Part shown: piece by piece, positions 1 through 7,566 of the stretch | Layout of the letters: each line of letters starts with the position of its first letter | How positions within the stretch are numbered: position 1 is the first letter of the stretch | Notes under the pieces: generated by a model | What the model was told of the DNA's origin: nothing | Seen by the model: only the letters and a program-made list of their open reading frames with translations | The model's database searches: none | Assembly: GCA_038213805.1 (NCBI GenBank) | Contig: JBBQSO010000124.1 | Location: 1 to 11,802 of the forward strand | DNA: 11,802 nt | Direction of reading: 5' to 3' | Source: Planctomycetota bacterium | Lineage (GTDB): Bacteria > Planctomycetota > UBA11346 | Position numbers and translations under genes: made by a program

Positions 1-1
1 G

Positions 2-790
2 ATCGGGATGGATGACACTTGGATCAAAACACTGGATCCTGGGGCCGGGAAAACGCACCTGTCTCGGCTCTGGGGCTACTACGCAGACGACGAGTTTTAC
101 TGCGACTACCGACGAACCCGAGAGGGTAAATGGCCGGCCGAGTTCCTGCGCAACTACCGCGGCGTTCTCATGGCTGATGCGTATTCCGGGCATCATCGGC
201 TCTTCGCTGACGGGCACATGACGCCCGCGGCGTGCATGGCCCATGCCCGGCGGAAATTCGAGGAGGCGTTGGAGGCCGGTGAGCTGATGGCGTCGCAGGC
301 GCTCGACTCCTTCTCGCTGCTTTACCGCATTGAGCGAGAGACCGCTGAACTTACCGCAGATCAGCGGCTGCGCCGCCGCCAGGCGGAGGCAATTCCCATC
401 CTCGATCGATTGGAGACGCTGATCATCGCCTGGGAGGCGGACCAACGACGCTCCAGCGGTCTTTTCGGCGCTGCTCAGTACGCCCGCAAGATCTTTCAAA
501 ACCTGCGCACCTACACGACCGATGGGCGGATCCCGATCGACAACAACGACCTCGAGCGTCTCTGGCGTCAGCCCAGCCTCAATCGGAAGAATTCACTCTT
601 CGTGGGTTCTGATCGCGGCGGCACCTGGGCGGCGACGATGTTCAGCATCTGCCAGAGCTGCCGACTTGTTGGCCTGGATCCCTACAAGTACCTGGTCGAG
701 ATCTTCGCGCAGCTGCACACGGGGCGGACGGACTTTGCTCGCCTACGGCCGAAGGCGTGGGCAGAGCGGGCGGTGGCGAAGACGGCATGA
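2..790 (+). CDS. tnpC: IS66 DDE transposase TnpC, 5'-truncated by window edge
   Basis: Frame is open from base 2. IS66 motifs: MDDT (DET equivalent), LMADAYSG, ACMAHARRKF, IPIDNNDLER, RKNSLFVGS, SICQSCRLVGLDPYKYL, LRPKAW. Confidence 0.95.
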   Translation: MGMDDTWIKTLDPGAGKTHLSRLWGYYADDEFYCDYRRTREGKWPAEFLRNYRGVLMADAYSGHHRLFADGHMTPAACMAHARRKFEEALEAGELMASQALDSFSLLYRIERETAELTADQRLRRRQAEAIPILDRLETLIIAWEADQRRSSGLFGAAQYARKIFQNLRTYTTDGRIPIDNNDLERLWRQPSLNRKNSLFVGSDRGGTWAATMFSICQSCRLVGLDPYKYLVEIFAQLHTGRTDFARLRPKAWAERAVAKTA

Positions 791-796
791 GGTTGT

Positions 797-815
797 AGGA
801 TGCCTGGACGCTCAC
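797..815 (-). repeat. IS66 right terminal inverted repeat
   Basis: Minus strand reads GTGAGCGTCCAGGCATCCT. Inner boundary is uncertain because the left IR is not in the window. The expected 8-bp target copy would be CATTCCTT (816-823). Confidence 0.8.
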
Positions 816-989
816 CATTCCTTGCTCCGACCGGTGCGACAGCGGCATCCCCGGTAAATGACCAGTGGCCTGCACGGCCATCTCAGAGGGACTGGATTGC
901 GGGCGACGCGAGTATAGCGTTGACCTCACTCCTTCCCACACGCTCTCCAGGAATGCGCCATGCATATCATCCCCGCTCAGGTGCCCATA

Positions 990-3900
990 ATGAAGAACGC
1001 CAGATTATGTGCGGCATGGACCGTACTTGCGCTGCTGTCGCTCGGTGGGGTGCTCTGCAGCGAAGATACCATCGTCACCATTGCGGGTGGGCTTCCAAAC
1101 GATCCGCTGCGGGCGGATACCGGCATTCCGCAAGCTGTGGTACGGGGGCCCGACGGCACCCTGTATTGGAGTAATGGCAACCGTGTCGTGGCACGTCGCA
1201 GCGATGGCACGCTGGCGATCACCGCGGGCACTGGAGAGGCGGGGTTCTCGGGCGATGGCGGCCCCGCCGCCGCCGCTACGCTGAACTTTGTGCGCGCCCT
1301 GGCCATCGATGGGAAAGGCAACCTCTACATCAGTGATTCTGGCAACAACCGCGTGCGCAAGGTCGCCACAGCGACCGGCATAATCACCACCTGTGCGGGC
1401 GGTGGAACCTCCTCCGCCGATGGCGTCGCTGCGACTGCGGCGGTGGTGCCCGCCCCGTACGGCCTCGCCTGCGACACCGCCGGCAACTTCTATTTTGGTG
1501 ACCTGGACCGGCGCGTGCGCCGAGTCGATGCGGGAACAGGGATCATCTCCACCATAGCCGGGGGTAGTCAACCCACCTCCGAGACCGGTCCCGGTCTGGA
1601 CGGGGACGGTGGACCAGCCATCGCGGCAAGCCTGTTCAATATCAGCGCGCTGGCATTGAATGCGGCAGGCGATCTCTTCATCGCCGAAAGCCAAAGGGTG
1701 CGCGTGGTCAGGGCTGCGACGGGAATCATCTCTGCCATCGCCGGAAACGGCGGTCAGGGTTTTGCGGGTGATGGCGACCTGGCGACCTCGGCCATGCTGA
1801 CTAACCCCCAGGGTCTGTGCGTCGCGAACAGCGGCGATGTGTACGTCGTCGACACCGACAACCACCGCGTGCGGCGGATTTCGACGAACGGAGTCATAAC
1901 CACGGTCGCCGGCACAGGCGTTTTTGGGTACAACGGTGATGGCATTCTGGCGGTCGCAGCGACGCTCTTCAGTCCGCTTGGCATCACGCTGGACGGGGCG
2001 GCAAACCTCTACATCGCTGACCAGTATAATCACCGCATCCGTCGCGTTGCGGCGTCCACTGGCTTGATCAGCACTCTCGCGGGCAACGATAGCAACGGCT
2101 ACTCGGGAGACGGCAGTCTCGCCACCAGCACGCGGTTCACCCGCATTGGCGGCATCGCGTACGGACCCTCCGGGGACCTTTATATCGTCGCCCAAGGCGA
2201 CCATCGCATCTGCAGGGTGTCTGCTGCAACGGGCATCGTCACCACGGTCGCCGGCACGGGGAAAAGCGGGTTCTCGGGAGACGGAGGACCGGCAACCGCG
2301 GCCGATCTTTCGAATCCATGCCGCATCGCCTTCGATCACGCGGGCAACCTGCTGATCGTCGATCAGGCCAATCATCGCATCCGCATGGTGAGCGTCGCCA
2401 CGGGCATCATCTCCACCATCGCCGGCAGCGGCAACTCGTCGATCAGCGCGAATACTGGGAACGGCTTCTCCGGCGACGGCGGACCTGCGACCGCGGCGCA
2501 ATTCCATGAACCGGTGGGCCTGCACGTCATGGCGAGCGGCGACCTGCTGGTGACGGACATGCTCAATCAGCGCCTGCGCCGCATCAGCGCCGCCACGGGC
2601 ATCATCACCACCATCTGCGGGACCGGCGAGCTCCCGGCCGGCGCGTTCATTGTCCAGGGCGGTTTCTCCGGAGACGGCGGCCCGGCGGTCGCCGCGGCGT
2701 TGAACATCCCCGTCGATGTCGAGGTCGATCAGGCCGGCAACATCCTGATCGACGATCTGCTCAACAACCGCATCCGCCGCATCTCCGCTGTGGACGGTAC
2801 GATATCGACGATCGCCGGCAACGGCACCGCGGTCACCACCACCGCCGTCGGCGACGGTGGCCCGGCCACCGCGGCGATCCTCTACAACCCGACCGCTATC
2901 TCATTCGACCAGCGTGGCGACCTGATCATCTCCGTCGGCAACGACAATGACGCGCTGCGCCGCGTCGACCACCTGACGGGCATCATCACGACCATCGCCG
3001 GCACCTCGATCAGGGGCTTCTCCGGCGATGGCGGCCCGGCGACCCTGGCGCGGCTCAACCGGCCGTCGACCAGCGCCATCGACCCCGCCGGCAATCTGGT
3101 CTTCTCTGATGGCGACAACTTCCGGGTCCGCAAGCTCATCCCCGTCAATCTCCTCGCCGCCGAGCATCCCGCGGCCGTGCAGCCCGGCCTCGACTGCAAA
3201 TATGTCGAAGGCGGATGGATCGCCCTGCCGGATATCGGCAGCCTGGTGCCGGTGGCGACCAGCGTCGCGGCGCGCATCGACCTGACGCCGCGCCGGCGCG
3301 ACACGCTCTACGCGCTGCGCTTCACGGGCTACGTGTCGGTGCCGGCCGATGGCGTCTGGACCTTCACCACGACCTCGGACGACGGCAGCCGCCTGCGCAT
3401 CGGCGGCACGCTGGTGGTCGACAACGACGGCAAGCACCCCGCGCAGGAGCGTTCCGGCACCATCGCCCTGGCTGCCGGTCTGCACGCGCTGACCGTCGAC
3501 TACTTCCAGAACGGCGGCGGAGAGACCATGGCGGTAACCTACGCCGGACCGGGCGTGGCGAAGCAGGAGATCCCCCCCAGCGCGCTCGTGCATGGCGTGG
3601 CCGCGGCCGGCCCTGTCCTGGCGATCACCGCACCCACCGCGGGCACGACCTGGACCACATCGGTGGCCAACCTCACCGTCTCCGGCACCGCCAGCGGTGC
3701 GGCGGGGATCACCACGGTCGACTACGCGCTGAGCGGTGCCACCACCGGCGCCGGACATGCCACGGGCACCGCGGCATGGAGCTTCGCGGCGCAGCTCGCA
3801 CCAGGCCAGACCCTGGTGACGGTGAGCGCACGCGACGGCGCCGGCCAGCTCGCCATGCGCGCGCTGACGGTGACGTACAGCGATCTCGTGCCGGCGGAGC

Positions 3901-4862
3901 ACCCGACCAGCGTCCTTCCCGGCCTGGCCTACGCGTACGCGGAAGGCACCTGGAACACCGTGCCGGACTTCGCCACCCTGGTCCCGGCCGCGACCGGCGT
4001 GGTGGCGCAGCCCGATCTGACGCCGCGCCGCCGCGACACGCTGTACGCGCTGCGCTTCGCCGGCTACCTGGCGGTGCCGGCTGATGGCGCGTACACCTTC
4101 ACCACGACCTCGGACGATGGCAGCACGCTGGCCATGGGCGGCGCGCTGGTGGTGGACAACGACGGCAAGCACCCTGCGCAGCAGCGCTCCGGCACCATCG
4201 GCCTGCAGGCGGGCCTGCACGCGATCGCCATCGGCTACCTGCAGGGAGGCGGCGGGGCGACCCTGGCGGTGACATGGAAGGGGCCCGGCTTCGCGGCGCA
4301 GGCGATCCCGGCGTCCGCGTTCAGCCACGCGCAGCCGCCCGCGGGCGGCATCCTGCGCGAATTCTGGACCGGGGTGCCTGGGCGCACGGTCGCCTCGCTG
4401 ACCGGCTGGCCGGCCTTCCCGCTGGCGCCAAGCGGCACCAGCCTGCAGACCGCGTTCGTCGCACCCAGCAACTGGGCTGACAATTACGGTACGCGCATGC
4501 GCGGCTACGTGACGGCTCCGCAGAGCGGCGCGTACACCTTCTGGATCGCCGGCGACGACCAGTGCGAACTCTGGCTCAGCCCCGTCACGGGTCTCGAGCA
4601 CGACAAGGCGCTGATCGCCACCGTGCCGTCCGCCACCGTGCCGCTGGCGTGGAACACCTTCCCGCAGCAGCGTTCGGCGACCGTCACGCTGATCGCGGGC
4701 CAGACGTACTACATCGAGGCGCTGCAGAAGGAGGCCGGCGGCGGCGACTGCCTGGCGGTGGGTTGGCAGCTGCCCGATGCCACGTTCGAGCGCCCCATCC
4801 CGGGGACGCGCCTCACGCCGGTGCTGGTCGGATCGGCTTCGGGTGGGCCGCTGCGGCGCTGA
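990..4862 (+). CDS. Large secreted NHL-repeat / PA14-domain protein (putative lectin or adhesin), about 1290 aa
   Basis: ATG at 990 follows CAGGTG and gives a signal peptide (MKNARLCAAWTVLALLSLGGVLCS). Twelve teneurin-type NHL repeats (IITTIAG...GFSGDGGPATAA...P.GIA.D..GNLYI.D..NHRIRR) at about 1065-3137; PA14 at about 3156-3595; Ig-like at about 3613-3880; PA14 at about 3888-4330; PA14 at about 4345-4820. The PA14 domains carry SDDG/GDD and VVDNDG motifs. Alternative start at 960. Confidence 0.92.
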   Translation: MKNARLCAAWTVLALLSLGGVLCSEDTIVTIAGGLPNDPLRADTGIPQAVVRGPDGTLYWSNGNRVVARRSDGTLAITAGTGEAGFSGDGGPAAAATLNFVRALAIDGKGNLYISDSGNNRVRKVATATGIITTCAGGGTSSADGVAATAAVVPAPYGLACDTAGNFYFGDLDRRVRRVDAGTGIISTIAGGSQPTSETGPGLDGDGGPAIAASLFNISALALNAAGDLFIAESQRVRVVRAATGIISAIAGNGGQGFAGDGDLATSAMLTNPQGLCVANSGDVYVVDTDNHRVRRISTNGVITTVAGTGVFGYNGDGILAVAATLFSPLGITLDGAANLYIADQYNHRIRRVAASTGLISTLAGNDSNGYSGDGSLATSTRFTRIGGIAYGPSGDLYIVAQGDHRICRVSAATGIVTTVAGTGKSGFSGDGGPATAADLSNPCRIAFDHAGNLLIVDQANHRIRMVSVATGIISTIAGSGNSSISANTGNGFSGDGGPATAAQFHEPVGLHVMASGDLLVTDMLNQRLRRISAATGIITTICGTGELPAGAFIVQGGFSGDGGPAVAAALNIPVDVEVDQAGNILIDDLLNNRIRRISAVDGTISTIAGNGTAVTTTAVGDGGPATAAILYNPTAISFDQRGDLIISVGNDNDALRRVDHLTGIITTIAGTSIRGFSGDGGPATLARLNRPSTSAIDPAGNLVFSDGDNFRVRKLIPVNLLAAEHPAAVQPGLDCKYVEGGWIALPDIGSLVPVATSVAARIDLTPRRRDTLYALRFTGYVSVPADGVWTFTTTSDDGSRLRIGGTLVVDNDGKHPAQERSGTIALAAGLHALTVDYFQNGGGETMAVTYAGPGVAKQEIPPSALVHGVAAAGPVLAITAPTAGTTWTTSVANLTVSGTASGAAGITTVDYALSGATTGAGHATGTAAWSFAAQLAPGQTLVTVSARDGAGQLAMRALTVTYSDLVPAEHPTSVLPGLAYAYAEGTWNTVPDFATLVPAATGVVAQPDLTPRRRDTLYALRFAGYLAVPADGAYTFTTTSDDGSTLAMGGALVVDNDGKHPAQQRSGTIGLQAGLHAIAIGYLQGGGGATLAVTWKGPGFAAQAIPASAFSHAQPPAGGILREFWTGVPGRTVASLTGWPAFPLAPSGTSLQTAFVAPSNWADNYGTRMRGYVTAPQSGAYTFWIAGDDQCELWLSPVTGLEHDKALIATVPSATVPLAWNTFPQQRSATVTLIAGQTYYIEALQKEAGGGDCLAVGWQLPDATFERPIPGTRLTPVLVGSASGGPLRR
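3279..4223 (+). repeat. Intragenic direct repeat: PA14 copy 1 core (3279-3488) and copy 2 core (4014-4223)
   Basis: Ungapped alignment at 735-bp offset with long identical runs, e.g. ACCTTCACCACGACCTCGGACGA and GACAACGACGGCAAGCACCC; both encode DLTPRRRDTLYALRF. Confidence 0.9.
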
Positions 4863-4968
4863 GCGCACGGGTAGGTGATGTGCTGACCGTGCGCGGCGTG
4901 GTGGCGGGCGAGCGCGACCGCGCAGCGTCGAGCGCGCGTTCAGACGCGGGCCCGTCCGCGCCCGCCGC

Positions 4969-5139
4969 TCAACGGTAGGTGAGGTGCGCGACCGGCACGA
5001 TCTTAGTGAAGCCGATGCGGCCCTTGCTGTCGCTGACGCGTAACTCCTCCGCCGGCGGCACGGCCGCGGCGTCGATGTCGAGGACGCCGAAGTTGGCTCC
5101 GCCGCTGTACGCCGCGGCTGAAGCAGCGTTTCCATTGAG
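4969..5139 (-). pseudogene. C-terminal remnant of a gene, probably PhoD-like (alkaline phosphatase D family)
   Basis: Hand translation: LNGNAASAAAYSGGANFGVLDIDAAAVPPAEELRVSDSKGRIGFTKIVPVAHLTYR*. High-GC3 codons, no start codon at its 5' end, and an in-frame TAA just upstream. NFG-hydrophobic-D-I-D...D..G...beta-strand resembles the PhoD C-terminus. Not in the ORF track. Confidence 0.55.
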
Positions 5140-5168
5140 CTTACATTATTTCAAACGCCTTTATTAAG

Positions 5169-5214
5169 GTGAGCGTCAAGCCACGGTGCCATGGCACCGT
5201 GGCTGAACGCTCAC
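5169..5214. mobile_element. 46-bp palindrome with IS66-type termini (minimal MITE or IS scar)
   Basis: GTGAGCGTCAAGCCACGGTGCCA|TGGCACCGTGGCTGAACGCTCAC; 21 of 23 arm positions pair. Both ends begin GTGAGCGT, identical to the IS66 end at 815. Confidence 0.7.
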
Positions 5215-5339
5215 GAACGAACGCGGGCGCGGTGCGCGAACCTTGGTGACGGTCGCATTGGCGCTGCGTGCCGAGGCCCGATGAACGGATGGCCTTGCCG
5301 GGCAAGCATGCCCACCGACTGTCGATCCCGTGACGCTCC

Positions 5340-6356
5340 TCAACCAGCGGGCGGCGGGACCGGCGCTTCCAGCCAGCGCAGCGCCTCCGCATGCGCCCGC
5401 CACGCGGGTCCCTGGCGCTCGCCGATCAGCCACGCCTCGTCGGCGAGCTGGGGCGCGCGGCGCGCCTGCGCCTGATCCAACTGGCGCCCGAGCAGCGCGG
5501 TACGGGCCATCCCATTGCGCACTTCCGCAACGGCGCGTGCCGCGACCGCCGCATCATGCTCCCCGGCGAGCACGCTGATCAGCACCTAAGCCCAAGCCAG
5601 TTCCGCACCGCTGCCGGCATCCTCCGCATCGGCCGGGAAATCCGCGATCAGGCTGCGCGCCGCCGCATGTTCGCCGTCCTCGAGCTGCCAGCCGAGCAGC
5701 TCCCAGCGCAGCCCGGTGTCGTCGCCCGCATCAAGGGCGAGCACCTCCGCCAGGGCGGCGCGTGCCTCGCCGCGCTGGCCCGCCGCGCGCCAGGCGAACG
5801 CGAGCTGCTCGGTAAGGCGCAGCAGCGGCCAGGCGCGCACCACCGCGTGCAGCCGGCCGCGCCGCTCGGCAAGGAAGGCTTCGCCCAGGCGGCGCGCGGC
5901 TGCGGCCACCGCCGAGGCCAGTGCAGCGCATTGGCGCAGCGCATCGCCCTGCGCCTGTGCGAGCACGGCAAGCGCATCCGCACACTCCGCGTCGAGGACG
6001 AGCGCCTGGCGCGCCAGGCTGCGCGCCGTCAAGGCGTCATCGGCCTCCAGCGCCTGGAACGCGAGCTCCTGCGCCTGCTCGCGGACGTCGCCCGCGAGCA
6101 GCTCCAGCGCCAGCGCGTCGCTGCGTTTCTCGAGCGCGCGCGAGGCGAGCGGCGAACGCGCGGCGGCACGGTGCTCGGGTCGCTCACGCACCAGTTCGAA
6201 GCGGCGCAGCGCACGTTCCTGCGCGATGCTGCCCGCCGCCTCGTCCTCGCCATCATCCTCGCGCTCCACCTTCTGGGCGCGCCGCGCGTGCTTCTCCTGG
6301 CGGATGCGCTCTTCGCGGCGTTTCTTCTTGCGGGCGGACTTGTCGCGTCTGGACAT
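5340..6356 (-). pseudogene. TPR-like helical protein (ST7-like / SEC-C-associated type) interrupted by an in-frame TAG at 5586-5588
   Basis: ORFs 5586..6356 and 5340..5585 are contiguous and in the same frame. Family-like motifs occur before the stop (AQELAFQALEA, ARQALVLDAECADA, LALDAGDDTGLRWELL) and after it (EAWLIG...PAWRAHAEALRWL). Confidence 0.7.
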
Positions 6357-6365
6357 GCGGGGCCT

Positions 6366-7394
6366 TCAGATCTTTTTGCAGGTCGCCAACAGCGCCGCCA
6401 GCGGCCGCCACGCCGCCACCGGCAGCTGGCGGGAATGCATGGCCGGGTCCCAGTCGTGTTCAGCGGCCTGGCGGCGGATCTGGGTGGTCGAGGCGATGCC
6501 GCGCAGCGCATCGGTAATGGTGTGCGGGCCGGCGAAGGCGACGCCAAGCAGACGGTCGATGCGCGCCAGCTCGGCGGTGGTCGGGGCGTCCTCATCATCG
6601 TGGCGCGCGAGCGACCACAGGCAGAGGTCGACGCGGCTCGGCGGCGTCACGTCGTCGCGGTGCAGGTGGATGCGGATACGCGGCCGGCCAGCGAGGTGGG
6701 TGAGCACGCTGGAACGCGTCTGACCGTCGCTCAGGCCGGTGCCGCTGAGCTTCTCGGCGGTCTGGCGCTGCAGGATGAGGTCGAGGGCGCGCGGCGGGGC
6801 AGCCTCTTCGAGCAGCCAGCGCCGCACCAGCGCCGCGGTCAGCACGAAGGGCGGGTTGGCCACCACCCGCCAGGGCTGCGGCAGGCGCAGGCGCAGGGTC
6901 TGCGCATCGCCCGCGTGCAGCGTGAGCTGACCGGTGTCGAGCGACGCCGCGAAGCGCTCGCGCAGCAGCGCGACGCGCTGCAGGTCGCGCTCGACCGCGT
7001 GCACTTTGGCGCCGACGGCGAGCAGCGCCGCGGTGATCGCGCCCAGGCCCGGTCCGATCTCGAGCACCACCTCGCCGCTGCGCACCGCCGCCTGGCGCAC
7101 GACGTTGATCGCGCAGCGCGGTAGCAGGTCGTGCTGCTGGGCCGGCGTCCCCGGACCAGAAGCCGGCGCCTGCGCACGGATGGTCGCGGCTGGCGGCACA
7201 GCGCCTTCCGGACGCCCCGCACCCCGCTCCGGCGCGCGCCGGGGACGCTCGCCACGCTCCGGCGGCCGACCACCAGGCGCGCGCCCACGCCCGGCCGGCG
7301 TCCCCCGCTCCGCCGCGGGCTCGCCGCCGCCAGCAACCCCTTCGCGACGGGGACGCTGCGGACGTGGCGGACGCGGGCGGGGCGTAGGCATCAT
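6366..7394 (-). CDS. rRNA adenine N6-methyltransferase, Erm/KsgA (RrnaAD) family, Erm-like
   Basis: VLEIGPGLGAIT (SAM motif I), VHAVERD, HAGDA, VVANPPF (motif IV), LILQ, TPPSRVD. Start chosen at ATGATG 7394/7391; Arg/Pro/Gly-rich N-terminal extension of about 85 aa, so the start is uncertain. Confidence 0.88.
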   Translation of the reverse strand: MMPTPRPRPPRPQRPRREGVAGGGEPAAERGTPAGRGRAPGGRPPERGERPRRAPERGAGRPEGAVPPAATIRAQAPASGPGTPAQQHDLLPRCAINVVRQAAVRSGEVVLEIGPGLGAITAALLAVGAKVHAVERDLQRVALLRERFAASLDTGQLTLHAGDAQTLRLRLPQPWRVVANPPFVLTAALVRRWLLEEAAPPRALDLILQRQTAEKLSGTGLSDGQTRSSVLTHLAGRPRIRIHLHRDDVTPPSRVDLCLWSLARHDDEDAPTTAELARIDRLLGVAFAGPHTITDALRGIASTTQIRRQAAEHDWDPAMHSRQLPVAAWRPLAALLATCKKI

Positions 7395-7566
7395 CCCAGC
7401 ATCAGCCGCACCCCGTCCGGGACAACCAGCTTCGAGTCGCGAGTCTCTCACCTCGCATGTTCTGCCTGCCCGCGCGCCTCGGGTCACGCATCCAGCGTCC
7501 GTGGTCCCCGGTCCCCCCGGATTTCCGCATTGGCCCTCCCCCCACGCCCCTCAGACTCCCGCCGCG

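Larger units (their letters stand above)
1..815 (+). mobile_element. IS66-family insertion sequence, right part (left part outside window)
   Basis: TnpC C-terminal ORF followed 25 bp after its stop by an end reading GTGAGCGTCC on the minus strand, matching the IS66 terminus GT(A/G)AGCGT. Confidence 0.92.

Noticed and set aside
816..989. Sigma70 promoter for the NHL-PA14 gene and the 800..1174 ORF
   Set aside because: TATAGC (913) and TTGACC (920) lack correctly spaced partners; the ORF spans the IS end and overlaps the real gene out of frame.
1005..5135. 506-aa and 744-aa minus-strand ORFs
   Set aside because: Antisense shadows of the NHL-PA14 gene, with Arg/Ala/Gly-biased composition.
5129..5160. 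dif/Xer-like site (TTATTTCAAAC resembles a XerD arm)
   Set aside because: Only one arm matches; there is no XerC-like arm at 6-bp spacing.
5169..5214. Intrinsic terminator
   Set aside because: No loop and no U-tract on either strand; the ends match IS66 IRs instead.
5391..7124. 577-aa plus-strand ORF
   Set aside because: Antisense shadow of the TPR-like and Erm-like genes; no recognisable motifs, typical of high-GC DNA.
7402..7458. Short upstream ORF MRGERLATRSWLSRTGCG as an erm leader peptide
   Set aside because: No R/K-x-R/K or IFVI-type arrest motif, no clear RBS and no evident alternative hairpins.
7432..7514. Degenerate heptamer pairs (TCGAGTC GCGAGTC; GTGGTCC CCGGTCC)
   Set aside because: Only two units each; not distinguishable from chance.
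6934..7566. 211-aa N-terminal extension of the RlmK-like ORF (possible RlmL fusion)
   Set aside because: Overlaps the Erm-like gene on the other strand, is low complexity and has no THUMP or methyltransferase motifs.
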